The notes under the pieces: generated by a model
Databases searched by the model: none
What the model was told of the DNA's origin: nothing
What the model saw: only the letters and a program-made list of their open reading frames with translations
Translations under genes and position numbers: made by a program
Shown here: positions 24,216 to 38,170 of the stretch, piece after piece
Layout of the letters: every line of letters begins with the position of its first letter
How positions within the stretch are numbered: the first letter of the stretch is position 1
Origin: the human T2T-CHM13v2.0 reference genome, Homo sapiens
Length of the DNA: 64,000 bases
Assembly (NCBI RefSeq): GCF_009914755.1
Contig: NC_060939.1
Reading direction: 5' to 3' (one strand)

Positions 24216-25297
24216 TAGTGCACAGTGCTCGCTGTGTTTAAAGAAATATCCTAGGTATAGAATAAATAATTTTGAAGTCAGTGTGTTGAGAAAACACTGA
24301 CATGGATAGAAAATATTCTGTCTAGAATAGAAAAAACAATAGAATAGAAAAAGTTCTATCTGTATCAGTCTGATCAAAGATGTGAGCATAATTATTCTTG
24401 TCATACATATAGTCTAATGAATGTCTAAAGTGAATTCTTATAACTGCTTGTAACAAAATATTTCATTTGGCAAATGTTATTTCACAACTTTCCTAATTGC
24501 CCATGTACTTTGTAGATTGGTTTTCACAGAATTCCATGGACTTTAACTGCTGAACCAATGATGCACTGATTTTGTCACTTGTACCAGCTAACGCATCTGG
24601 GAGGCAACAAAACAATACTCTCCTGAGGTAACATCGAATTTTTAGTAAATTCATTTTTGTGTGTTGTTTTTATTATTTTTTTAAGTAATTGAGAATTTCA
24701 TTAGGTGTGCAAGGAGTCACTTAATACAAATAGTATTAGGCATTCAATACTCTCATGAGATATCTGAGCCTTCAGTTTCTTTTATTTTAACATTTTACAT
24801 TTTTCTCAACTTTAACATCAGAAACATCCTATAAGTGTAATAAAATTCTTATACTTTACATATAGTTACATAGTAAATCCTCCTGTCTTATTTAAGTTTG
24901 AAAAATGAACATGTATACTTCTCATTCCCATGTATATAATCTCTTCCCACAGAATGAGGTGGACCAAGAAACTGGGCTTCATACGGATGAATTTATTTTT
25001 TTCCCTGTGTGGAGACATAAAGGAAAAGTATAGTGAATAATTCCGCCTCCCACCCACAAGTCCCCATGGGAATTCTCACATGTTAAAAAGCATTTTGTCC
25101 TGAAAATAACAACAATTTTTCTTAGGGAATCAGGACACTCCAATGACAGTGAGACTCTGGCTATGCCAGGCAGCCATGGGCTGGTCATTGTGCTGCTGGT
25201 CTCCATGATTGAATAGTGTGGGTCATTGGTGACAGATAGCTATGTGCTCAGTGTCTGCCACATATCTCAGGTTCAAAGTCCCTTTTATAAATGTGCC

Positions 25298-25390
25298 TGG
25301 ATGGATGACGACTTAAAAATGAATCTCGTTGGAATCTGAGCAAAACGAGTGAGCAAACCACTTCTGTGCAGTTCTGTGAACTGAGGTCAA
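25298..25390 (+). ncRNA. SNORD116-28: SNORD116 group III copy with degenerate C box and stem
   Basis: C box ATGACGA, C' ACGAGTGA, ends TGGATG...GGTCAA; 93 nt. Confidence 0.88.
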
Positions 25391-27176
25391 GCACAGGGAC
25401 CATGCCAGGCAAACACGTGCAGAGAGTTCAGTTTGGTCAGCAACTGGTACCAAAATGGCCTGTGGTATTGGAAAACAAACCCACTCACATAGCTTACAGC
25501 ACATGAATTGTACAGAGGTCTGTATGTGTTTGTATATATTTATATATGTTTGTGTACATATATCTTTGGGGATTATATGGCATTTCTTTCAGTGTTTGGC
25601 TGGCAGTGTCCATACTCTCATAGTAAACAGAATTACACAAGAGTAGAGGGAACAGTAGGAAATGGTTTTGCCTACCCTAGAGTCTTTTATACATGTTTTT
25701 AGGTGCTATAATCTTGTGTGTGAGGTCAGTCTCTCAGGTTCATTAGATGGACAGTGTAAAAGGTATTATGAGGTTTTACATATTATTTATCTATTAAGTA
25801 AAAGAAATATATGGAAATTGAAGAGTAGCTTTTATCTATTAAAGAAAAGAATGTATGGAAATTGAAGGGTACTTTCTATTTGTGGAAAGTCTTAACATTT
25901 TAATTTCCTTATTGATCTTGTCACAGAAGTTGGAATTTAAGTTTTGCCTGTCACTCAAAGAGAAGCTTTTTAGACATTTGATTAAGGGATTCTAGTAGAT
26001 GCTATAGTAAACATTTCTAATTGTAAAATGATTAAATTTGCAATTCATAGAGTTTTATGTGGATTTCATTGCCTGATATTCATTATTTTTATTAGTGGGT
26101 TTCATAGATGTTTAAAGGGAGATCCTAGTTTTATTGTGTGATACTAAGGGAGGCCTTTTGGTCTTAGAAAACTGACTTTCAGTACTACCCATTTCCAGGG
26201 AGTGAGCATAATTTTTATTCTCATACCACATGGGCAAGTGAATATCTATGGTTTATTTCTTATAACTCGTCATTAGTAATTATGAAAGTAAGAAAGTTGA
26301 CAAATGAAACTCTTTTAATTATGAGGGTTTCATTTGTCGACTTCCTACTTCCTCAGTGTGCTTTGTGTATTGGAGGTAATACTGGAATTGCATGGAATTC
26401 CTACTGCTGCTCCAGTAACCTGCTGATTTTGTCACGTGTACCAGATTCGTTGTCTGGCAATGAGAACAATACACTTCAGAGGTAATATTGCAATTTTTAG
26501 TAAGTGCATTTTTCCTGGGTTCGTTCTATTATTTTATTTTAGCAAGTAAGATTATAATTGGTTTTTCAAGCAGTCTGTTAATCCAAATGGTGTGAGGCCC
26601 TAATAATCTGGTTAGTCATCTGAAGTTTCTGTGTTCTTTGTACAGTATTTTTATACTTCCTCTGTTTTCAAATAACATTAGGATACCCTACTAGCAAAAT
26701 AATTTAGTATATTTTATATACTTGTGCATAGTAAGCCTGTTGTATATGTACACTATTTGCATGGTTGGCAAATTACATTTGCACTTTTTATTTTTCTATA
26801 ATTTTTTCCTATTTTCAAAGGTTAATGTGGACCAAAAACTAGATTTCATATAAAAGAGTTTATTCCTTCTACTTGAGGTGTGACATGAAGGAAAGTAATG
26901 GAAATAATTCTGCCCTCCCATTCTCAAGGGCCAGGGGGAATTCAAATATTGGTAAGCATTTTGTCTTGAAAGCACCAACATTCTTCTTAGGGGGTCATGA
27001 CACTCCAATGACAATGAGACCCTGGCTGTGCTTGTCAGTCATGAGACTGGTCACTGGCTGTGATGCTGGTCTTTGTAATTGAATACTGTGGGTTGGCAAG
27101 TCCCCAGGTGACAGAAAGATCAGTGTTCAGTGTCTGCCACATATCTCAGGCTTAAGGTCCCTTTTATAAGTGTGCC

Positions 27177-27261
27177 TGGATCGATGATGACTTAAAAAAA
27201 TGGAAACCTTGGAAATCTGAACAAAATGAGTGACCAAGACACTTCTGTGAGCTGAGGTCCA
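27177..27261 (+). ncRNA. SNORD116-29: C/D box snoRNA SNORD116, group III (short form)
   Basis: Intact boxes; 85 nt; single CACTTCTGTG. Confidence 0.93.
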
Positions 27262-28923
27262 GCACAGGGACCATACCAGGCAAACCCGTGGAGGGCGTTC
27301 AGTTTGGTCAGGAACTGGTACCAAAACGAACCCACTTGCATATGTTAGAGCAGATGAATTGTACAGAGGCCTATATATCTTCGGGAATTACATGACAATG
27401 ATTTAAGTGCATGGCTGACAGCCTTCAAACACCTAGTAATCAGGCTTTGGGGTACCAGCGTCAGAGGAGTGAACACTGTAGAAATGGCTGTGCCAGCACT
27501 CGAGTCATTCACACTATTTTCGTAGACGCCACAACATTCTTAGTGAGTATCAGCATGTATAGGTATATTATGTAGTCAATTAGAAAGAAATTATCAGTCT
27601 TTGCTTGCTATTTATTCTTTCACTAAAAGAAATATGTGAAAATTGAAGAGTGGGTTGTATTCATGGGATTATCTTATTACATGCTGGAATTTGCTTCCTA
27701 ACTCAGTCTCAAGGATTAGAACAGCATTTGTTTTTCTTTTTCCTGTCACTCAGGGAGCAATTTTCTAAGCATTAGATGATAGATTAAATTAGATGCTTCA
27801 TTAAACATTTTAATGTGAAATAATGAAATTTCTAATTCTAGGGATTTTAGATGGATATTGTTGGCTAATAGGAATATTCCTTCATTGAGTCTTTGTATAT
27901 TTTAAGAGAGATTCTAATTTTAGTAATACTCGGGGCCTTTGGCCTTCGAGACCAAAATCTTGGAAACATTGATTTTCTGTACTTACCCTGTTCCAAGCAA
28001 CAAGCAGATTTTTTAGTTATGTGGATAGTCAAGTGACTATGGCTAATTAATTACAAACTGTTGTCAGGAATCATTCAGTTGGGAAGGTTTTGTTTCAAAA
28101 CTCCTGTAATGTCCCCTGTGCCTTGCAGAACGGAAGTGATTTTGGAATTGCATGGAATTCTCACTGCCATCCCAAAGAAATGCTGATCTTGTCACTCTTA
28201 CCTGTTTCATTCCCTGGGGGCAGAACAAAAGGACGCACTCCAAAGGTAACATCCAAGTTTGAATAAATTTACTTTTTATGGCTTATTTTGTAATTTTTTC
28301 TGTAGTCAAGTAGATAATCAGTTTTGTGAATGATCTGTTAATAACAGTATGAGACATTAATTATCTGGTGAATCATCCAAGGCTTTCATTATCCTTTATT
28401 TCCAATTTTTTTTGCGTTCTCCTTTTCAGTAATATCAAAAACATCCTAGTAGAGTTATGTTAGTATATTTGATATTAATATACATAACAAACGCTCCCTT
28501 CTTGTGCATGTTTGACAAATGGACATATATACTTACCATCTTCCCATATTTGTACTGTTTTCACAGATCGGCATGAACCAAGAACTGGGTTTCATATAAA
28601 ATATTTTATTCTGTCCTCTTGAGATGTGACATGAGAAAAGTATTGAGAATACTTCTATCACCTCATCTTCAAGAATCCGTAGGAATTCTCCCATGGTAAG
28701 CATTTTGTCCTGAAAATACTGGCATTCCTCTTAGGAGATCGTGACACTCCAATGACCATGAGACCCTGGCCATGCTAGTCAGCCATTGGCCAGTCATTGA
28801 CTGTGATGCCAGTCTCCATAATTGAATGAATAGTGTGGGTCAGTGTACCCCAAGCTGATGGAAAGCTGTGTGCTCAGTGTCTGTCACATATCCCAGGCTT
28901 AAGGTACCTTTTATAAATGTACC

Positions 28924-29010
28924 TGGATTGACGATGACTTTAAAAAAAAAAAATCTCATTGAAATCTGAAAAAAATGAGTGACCAAACCACTTCTGTGAG
29001 CTGAGGTCCA
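28924..29010 (+). ncRNA. SNORD116-30: SNORD116 group III copy with variant C box
   Basis: C box ACGATGA, A12 run, D' and D intact; 87 nt. Confidence 0.88.
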
Positions 29011-31429
29011 GCACACATGATAGGCAAACGTGGAGGGATGTGGATGGTCAGTGCCCACAGGGACTGGGGTATTTGAAAGCTAATCTGCCTGCGTATGTTA
29101 GAGGAAATGAATTGGACAGTCATCTATAAATATCGTATTTTTTAATAAAATGGCTATTCCTTTGGTGCTTGGCTGGTAGCATCCATCCACTGGTAGTAAA
29201 TAGACCCTGGAAAACCAGCACATATGTAGTGAGACCCCATGAGACATGATTGTGCCTACCTTTGAGCCATCCATAAGTTATCTGGGACATGACAGTCTTT
29301 TGAGTGAGAGCAGTTTACTAAGGTCATTTAGATCATCAGTTCCAAAGATGGTGTGGATCTTATCGATTATTTTTTTAGGCAGAGGTAATATCTGGAAAAT
29401 TAAGAGTGATTTCTAACCATGAGAATATTTTAGTTTGTTTAAATTTGCTTGCTAACCCAGTACCAAGAATTCAGACCTTTTTTCTGTCTGTATAAAGCAA
29501 TATTCTAGACATTTGAGTGATTCAAGTAGATGTTGTGAGATGATTACATTTCCAGTCCTTGGAATGTTATGTGGATTTTATTGGCTAATCTTCATATTTC
29601 ATCAGTGGATTTTCCTATGCATGTTAAGGGAGATCCTTGTTAATTGATGTCTAGGTGGACTTTACGGTTAACCTGAACAGGTCTTGGAAAAAGGACTTTA
29701 AACATTCTCCTGTTCTGTGGAATAAGTATACTTTTTTCTGGACATACACCTTGTCAGTGAGTATGTATCATAATTCCTCATAACTTCTTATCAGGAAACA
29801 TTCGATGTAGAAGATTTCTTTCTCAACTTCTCTAATTGCCCCTGTGGTTTGCAGGTTCCATGTGATACTAGAGTTGCATAGATTTTTAACCTTTACGCCA
29901 ATGAAGATCTGAGGCAAACATTGCCCCTTTTTTAGAAGTTTGCATTTGTCACTGATAACTGTAATAATTGATCTTGTTGAAAAGCCTGGGAAATGAAGAT
30001 CTGATATGTCACTTTTACCGGCTTCCTCAACTGAAAAAGAATACAATGAAACACGCTGAGGTAACATCTAATTTTTGATATCTTTTTTCCTGGGTTATTA
30101 CTGTTTTAAGTATTTAGGAATTTAATGGGTGCTATATGGAGTCAGTTAATTCAGATACTATAAGACCTTAATCTGGTGAGTCATCTGAGGCTTCTGTTTG
30201 TTCTTTTCCAGAATTTTTGTGCTTTCTCAGTCTTGCTGATGATCTTTCTATGGGCCTGAAGCGTGGAGAGTGCCAGAGAGGCTGATCCTCAGCAGTGTGG
30301 CAGAGGAAAGTTGGGTGCGACTAAGGGGTATGCGGTGCCCACATGCCACTGGGTCCTCAGCAGTACCACCTGGTGAGCGTCACTCTTGAGAGCTGAGAGT
30401 AGGTGGGAAGCAGCTCATGGTGAGAGGGTTCAGAGGCCGCCTTTCCCTCTCTGCGCACTGCCCAGTTCTTCTAGTCACATGTCCCGGGACAGTACCATAC
30501 CTGTGTGTGTCCTGCCTGCATTGCTGTGACCACTTTTAGTGGAATCAGGTGCAGTGCAGCTCTGCAGCTTCTGCAAATTGCCACGCTCCCACTCTCAAGC
30601 AGGTTGAGTGCTACGAGTGATTTTTAGACCATTTGTTTATTCCCTTATCATGGCTTTTTGTGACTTCTTCCTCCCCAGTCCGTTGGGTCACCTTTAAAGG
30701 TAAAGTAATCCTGAGGTGGTTGAATTTACGGAAATGCTATGCATTATTGTGAATGGGATGTTCACCGGGCCAACATCTTCTTGGAACTTTGAGCAAACTG
30801 ATAGTCTGGTTGCACATTTGATTTGTCTGGCAGTAAATGTTGGACAGTATTTGGACTGATGGAAGCTAGAGACAAACACATTGACTATTGTTGAATAACA
30901 CTGGAAACATCTTAGGAGAGCAGTACATTAGCTAATTTAATAGGTACATAAACTGAATCCCACTGTCTTGTGCTTGATGGACCAGCAGACACATATGCTT
31001 GTATCGTTCTCATGTTTCTACATGTTTACCCTATTCCCACAGGTCAACAAAGACAAGGCACCTAGCCCCACATGAAACTTTATTCCTTTCCCTTTTGAGA
31101 TGTGACATGAAAGAAAATAACAGAAATGATTTTTCCATCCCATCCTCAGGGACCAGTGGGAATGAATTTTACCATCCCACCCTCAAGGGCCAGGTCAGGT
31201 CGCTAAGCATTTTGTCACTAAAATATTGCCCTTTTTTAGGGATTATGTAATACTCTATAAGGCACTGTCTGTGCTGGGCAGCATGGAGCCTGGGTCATTG
31301 CTGTGTTGGGGGCTTGGTCTCCATGACTTAATAGGGTGTATCAGTGTGTCCCAGAGAAGTGTACTCCAGAGTGCTCATTTTCTTTCATGTTTCTGAAGCA
31401 AACAGTGCCCCCTTTTTTAGAAGTTTGCA

Positions 31430-31518
31430 TGTGTCACTGATAACTTTAATAATTGATCTTGTTGAAAAACCTGGGAAAACAGTGAGTTAAATAATAACTT
31501 CTCTGAACATGAGGTCCA
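31430..31518 (+). pseudogene. Decayed SNORD116 group III copy
   Basis: Occupies the snoRNA position of a group III unit (after ccctttttagaagtttgca, before gcccaattacc). C box is CTGATAA and D box is ATGA, but GAGGTCCA is retained. Confidence 0.7.
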
Positions 31519-33204
31519 GCCCAATTACCTGCCCTAAGCAAACTATATGGAAGGAGAGTTCAGTTTGTTCAGCTATGTGGTCCCAGCAAGGACTGTGGTA
31601 CTGGAAAACTAACCAGCTTACATGCACTAGAGAAGTAGAATTGGACAGTGATCTGTAGGTACCCAGTTTGGAGATGAAATTGCAACTCTGAGTTCTTGAT
31701 TGGCAACATAAATACGTTGATAGTAAACAGACCCTGGGGAATCAGCACTTGAGTTGTGAAAAGCGGGAAATAGCTATGCCTACACTAGAGCCATTCACAC
31801 TTTTGCTGGAGCTGCAATAATCTTCTAAGTCATGCTTGCTCTCGTGAGGGCAATGAGATGGTCACAATCCAAGGAGAGTTGGGGTTTTCACTTTTCATTT
31901 CTCTATTAAGTGAAAAAAGTATATGAAAATTGAAAAATAGATATTACTTATGTAATCTTCACAGTATAATTTGCTTGCCAAGCAGTCACTGGGATTTAAT
32001 CAGTTTCTTTGTCTTTCGTTTTTCTCATAAGCTGAGAGAGTAATTTTGTGTGCACAGAAGTACTGTCTTCAGCTACATGCTGCATTAAACATTCCTAGAT
32101 GTGAAATGATTAAATTTCCAAGTTTTTAAAATGTGGATTTTTCTGGCCACTTTTATATCTCTTCAATGGGTTTCTAATGGATTTAAGGAGAGAGCCTAGT
32201 CATGATGAATGGTGTTGTGTTGGGTATGCTGAGGAAACTTTGAGACCAATGTTTCAGAAAAAATTATTTCTATACTGTCATGTTTCAAGTACCGAGTATT
32301 GTTCTTGTCATACAGATGGTCCAGTGAACATCTCTGGTGAATTCCTTACAACCAACCTCTTGTTACTAAATATTCCATTAGGAATGTTTTGTTTCTCAAC
32401 TCCCTGATTTCCCCTTTATAGATTGGAAGTGATATTGGTGGAAGACAACATTTTGCCGCTTGGAATTCTCACCTCCACACCAAAGAAGTACTGTTTTTGT
32501 CATTTGCACCAGCTTCTTTCTCCAGGAAAGATCAAAACGATGCACTGCAAGGTTAACATCCAATTTTTAATACATGTAATTCCCTGGATTATTTTTGTTG
32601 TGTTATTAAATAACTTAGAATTTTTTTTACAAAGTCTGTTGAACCAAACACTGTAAGGCATTAATAACCTGGTGAGTTATTTGAGGCCTTTTTTCCTCTC
32701 CTAGAATTTTTGCACAATTTATATTTTGAATAATATCAGAGACATCCTAGTAGAGTAATGAATTAGTACATTTTATATGCAGATACATAGTGAAGCCTCC
32801 TTTCTTATGCATATTTGACAAATGGACATGTATATTTCTCATCTTCCCATATTTTTACTCCATTTCCACAGGTCATGTAGACCAAAATGTGAATGTCATA
32901 TGAAAGAGTTTAAACATTGCCCTTGAAATATGACAGAAAGTATCAGAAATAATTATACCATTCCATGCTCACAGGCCAGTGGGAATTCTCACAGTAAGCA
33001 TTTTGTCCAGAGAATATTCTTCTTAGGGAACTATAACATTCCAATGATAATGGTAGTCAGCCATGTGGCTGGATCATCGTTCCTGTATCCTGGTCTCTAT
33101 GACTTAGTGTGGTGATGGTGTCATTGTGTCCAAGTGTGACAGAATTGTTAGTGTGTAGTGTCTGTCTCCTATCTCAGGCTCACAGTCCCTTTTATAAACA
33201 TGCC

Positions 33205-33248
33205 TGGATTGATGATGGCTTCAGTATCTTTTGGAAATCTGGACTGAG
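33205..33248 (+). pseudogene. 5' fragment of a SNORD116 group III copy
   Basis: gtcccttttataaacatgcc-TGGATTGATGATGGCTT...GGAAATCTGGA in unit context; the 3' half is absent and L1 sequence follows. Confidence 0.75.
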
Positions 33249-33299
33249 CAATAGAATTGCTTCTCTCAAATTGATTTCAAGTCATATAAAAGGCCATGT

Positions 33300-34960
33300 T
33301 ACACATATATTGTTAATCTGAGGGAGGCTGTGATCATTTAAGTTGTATTTTATAAACACTAGGACCACCAGTAAGAAAACAATTCAAAAAATATTAAAAG
33401 AACAACCAAAGAATTAAAATAGAATAACCGAAAAGATCTGTTTAACACAAAAGAAGGCAGTTAAAGATGAACAGAGGAACCAATAAGACATATAGAAAAC
33501 AGATAGGAAAATGACAGACATAAACCCAGCCATATGACAATTATATTAAATTTTTAAGAGATTAGGAAATTCCGTTGTTTTTTAAACATGAGCAACTATA
33601 CGCTGTCTACAGAAGAGACACTTTAGAACAAAAGATACAAATAGTTGGAAAGTAAAAAGATGGAAAAAGCTATATCCAGCGAATCCAGAAGAGAGCAGAA
33701 GTGGCTATTCTGACATCAGAAAAAAGAGACTTTAAGATAAAGTATTGCTAGAGAGGAAGAAGGATAGTATTTAATGATAGAAGGGTTAATATGGAATATG
33801 TAACAATTACAATCATATCAGCACTAACAACAGTGCCCAAAACTACATACACTGAAATTTAACATGATTGAGGGGATCAATAGGCAATTCAACAATAAAA
33901 GCTTTTGTTCATACCCTCTTCTTAATCAGTGATAAGTCAATTAGATAGAGCATCATTGAGGTTACAACATACTTCAGCAATGTTGTCAACCAATTTGACC
34001 TGAGATAGATAGATAGACAGTTAGACAGACAGACAGACAGACAGAGAAAACTTCACCCAACAACAGAAATACAAATTATTTTCAAGCATACCTGGAACAT
34101 TCTCCAGGATAGAGTATATGTTAGGCTATAAAACTGTACTCAATAAATTTAAGATTGAAACCATGTAGAGTATGTTGTGTGACCATAGAGGAATTAGAAA
34201 TCAACACAGAAATAAATTTGGAGGTCACAAGATATTTGGAAATTAACACACTTTACAGAGCCCATTGGTCAAAAATATATATATTAAACTAGAAAGGCCG
34301 GGGGTGGTTGCTTACACCTGTAATTCCAGCACTTTGGGAGGCGTAGGTGGGCACATCACTTGAGGCCAGGAGTTCAAGACCAACCTGGGCAACATGGCAA
34401 AACCCCATCTCTACAAAAAAATACAAAAAATGAGTTGAGCATGGTGGTGCATGCCTGTAGTCCCAGCTACTCAGGAGGCTGAGGTAGGGGAATCACCTGA
34501 GCCCAGCAGGTAGAAGCTGCATTGAACCAAGATTGCACCACTGCATACCAGCCTGGGCGACAAAGTGAGACCCTGTCTAAAAAATAAAAGGAATCCAGAA
34601 AACATCTTGCATAGAATTTGATACAACTAAAGACATGCTTAGAGGGATATTTATAGTTTTAAATAACTGTATCAGAAAAAAAGGGAAGATAAATAAATGA
34701 CATAAGCTTCCACCTTAAGAAACAAGAAAAAGACTAAACTAGAAGATGAAATCCAAAGCAAGCAGAAAGAAGTAAACAATAGGGATTGGAGCAAAAATTG
34801 ATGACATAAAAAACCAGACAAAATACAGAGAAAAATCCATGAAACCAAAAGTTGGGTTTGTGCAGAGATTTGTGAAATTTACAATCCTTTAGCTAGACTG
34901 ACACAGATCATTAGAATTAGGAATGATGGAGACAACATCACTACTGACCCTATAGATTGG
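33300..34960 (+). mobile_element. Old L1 fragment (ORF2 endonuclease region), interrupted by an Alu
   Basis: A-rich L1 sequence including CTATACGCTGTCTACAGAAGAGAC and GGAACATTCTCCAGGATAGA; no intact ORF. Confidence 0.85.
34296..34589 (+). mobile_element. Alu (AluJ-like)
   Basis: Alu dimer ending GAGACCCTGTCT-A tail. Confidence 0.92.
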
Positions 34961-35182
34961 ATCAGGAATGTCGCTGTTTGCTGCATTGTGCTTTCTTGAG
35001 GGGAGAGCTATGAAGGAAAACAAAGTTCTCATTGCACTTACAACTCAACAACACAGCGTTGACATTTTGATTCTCACTGGCTTCAGTGCTCATCTCTGTG
35101 AGGTTTCCAGAAGATCCCGTAGCAATATCACTCATTCTAAATTTATCTTTGGGCTACTCTGGGAACGCTGTCTATGGGTTAG

Positions 35183-35517
<335 letters not shown>

Positions 35518-35847
35518 TAGCCAGTGGGGAATTATTTTAACTAGGCAATAATTTGATCTATTTTGGGAAGCCTCTTGTAATCAAATCATATATCAACATT
35601 AATCACATGGTGAGTCCTCCATGGTTTTCATTCCTAGAGATTCTAGGATGTTTGACATTTCTCTGCTTAGCTTATAGCAGAAAGGTATTGGATATCAAGA
35701 ATGTTTGAACAGTTTCTCCTTTTTGGGAATGAAGATGAAATTGGGCTAGAATGAGATGTGTGATTGAGAGAATGTCCCTGAGGCCTGAGCAGTGTGTCCT
35801 TTTGGGTATGGGCATTGGAAGCATGTAGTGAATTCTTATAATTTTAT

Positions 35848-36420
35848 GTTGCCTCGGCATCCATCTTGAGTATAAGTTTAACTTTGTTATACCAGAAGCA
35901 AGGCTTACTCACTTTTGCACAGTTTCCAGTTCTACACCTCCTTCTCGTTCCTCAGTGTGATTGGTCCAGATAGCTGCCTTATCCAACTGCCTCCTTTGGA
36001 CCACTTCATCATGGGACAGCTTGATGCAATCTACTTGACAAGACCCTGGAACCCCACACCCCTCATGGAACCAGTGTCCACCTCCCAGTCACAGTGTGAC
36101 CCCAGGGAACTCTTGCCTGCTTGCTTTAAACCCACCACTTAAAAGTCTCCACAGAAAACCTGTTTGAATAGTACCCTTGACCCAATAAGGGCATTGGCCC
36201 CTGGGTGTCTCTCTCTCTCTCTCTCTCTCTCTCCCTCTCTCTCCCTCTCTCTCTCTCGCTCCCTGACCTCTGCGTGTGGACTCCAGGCATGCCATATACC
36301 CCTCAGGACCTGTAAGTAATACTATCTTTATTTTTATTTTATATCTCTCCTAATCATTGAAAAGGTGCTCTCTATCTTGAAGATACTATATTAAATAAAA
36401 TGAGAACTTGTCCCTAACAC
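35848..36420 (+). mobile_element. Probable solo LTR remnant with internal (CT)n
   Basis: TG start, LTR-like composition, (CT)n at 36207-36256, AATAAA near the end; family not determined. Confidence 0.45.
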
Positions 36421-37750
36421 AGTTAGTGATAGGCTGAAACACGCTGATTGCACTCTTTACCCATTTAGTGATTTTTCTCAAGTTACTCTACACCATGTAT
36501 TATCAACATAATTGATATTACAGAATAGAATTATAAGACACTTCTTTTGCCACAGAAAGTTCTATTGGACTCAGATTATCTAGAGCTACTACATGTATGC
36601 TATTCTATGATAAAAGATGTAGATGTGATAAAAACATTTATAAAATATCTGTCTTAGAAAAGTTAGCTAAAATTATTTTGGGAAAAGTATGTTTGAAAAT
36701 AGAATCGTAAGCTACCACATTGTGATAAATATTTCTAAATGTGTCTATTAACTTGTCAGGAGACAACAGAGTGAATTAAAACAGTAGCCTTGTATCAGTA
36801 TGTTTTTATTCAGAAGACAAATGCACGTTTTAACTATTATATGTTCTTGGCTTAACTTTTTTTGTAAAGTTAAGACATTACACTTTTACATGAATCTGTA
36901 ATTTCAAGATATCTTAATGGTTGACAGGGACAGGACAATTGAAGAAAACCTGTAAATACATTTGGTAAAATTTATGATGGATTGTTTTGCAGATGGCTTC
37001 AGAGGTTATTAGCACATCTGTTTGAGATATGCACAGTTTTACATTTGTCCCTTAGGTAATCAACAGGGCTGAGATCAGTAAATCACATGTAAGCCACTGT
37101 TATGAGGCTATTCTGAATAGAGTTACATCATTTTATCATATCTAGACTTTCTAGTTATATTGGTGCTGTTGAAAATGATTTTGTATTACATGCTTTCTTC
37201 CAAATCATAGATCAAGATATTTTATTTATGTATGTCTTTTAAATGAAGAGTGGTTAGGATAGTCCTGATTATTGCACATAAATATTGCCTTTCACTAGAT
37301 TATTGTTTTGGGCCAAATTTTAGACTATTATTTTAAAAAAGAGTACCTTAGTTTAATCCAACCTTTCCAGATACTTAGAAATTATTGAAATGTATATTTT
37401 GTGAAGATGGTCTTATGAAAGTTGTTGAGCTAGAAACATGTCCTTCACCAGTGGAATTCTTAGAAGCTTTCCTTGGGCTTCACTGGGTGCTAATAGACCA
37501 TGATCGTATTGCTCTGTATATAATGGTACAAATTTTGTTTTATAACACTCAGTCTTAATAGAATGGGAATATTTTATCTTACTAACGTAGTCATTAGCTG
37601 GCCACTCTCTGTGTCCATTGGACCTTATAGGGTAAAGGGAGGGCAGTGCGTATTTGAAGCCTGTGCACGTGACACACAAAGGGCTTAGCAACCTCCGTGT
37701 TTTCCCAGCACAGGATACCCATTCTTCCTGAATGTTTCATTGTTAAATTA

Positions 37751-37753
<3 letters not shown>

Positions 37754-37782
<29 letters not shown>
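37754..37782. repeat. (TG)n microsatellite
   Basis: Seen directly. Confidence 0.95.
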
Positions 37783-37784
<2 letters not shown>

Positions 37785-37867
37785 TTTATATTAACATACA
37801 GATGTATGTATTTTAGTTGCATTTTTTTTCTTAAAATGTTATTTTTTCTCTTTTTCTTTTATGTCAG

Positions 37868-38170
37868 GTGATGATAGAGCCCCTAGGGAAGCAAAACTGT
37901 CCATGCCCTTGCCTTAACTTTCAGATACGATAAAAACAACATTTATAAAATACCTGTCTTAGAAATATTAGCTAAAATTATGTTGGGGAAAGTATGTTTG
38001 AAAATAGAATTGTAAGCTACCACATTGTGATAAATATTACTAAATTTGTTTATTGACTTGTCAGGAAGCAAAAGAATGAATTAAAGAAAACTCCAGAGAA
38101 TGAGCTGACAACCTACTCCCTGGTCAGTGGCTCTCCATGCCTACCTGTGGTCTCTTGGACACCCTTGCAG
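37868..38170 (+). ncRNA. IPW: IPW/SNHG14 exon candidate
   Basis: Long pyrimidine tract + TCAG at 37866-37867 and donor CAG|GTATGT at 38171; position downstream of the SNORD116 array fits IPW. Confidence 0.6.
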
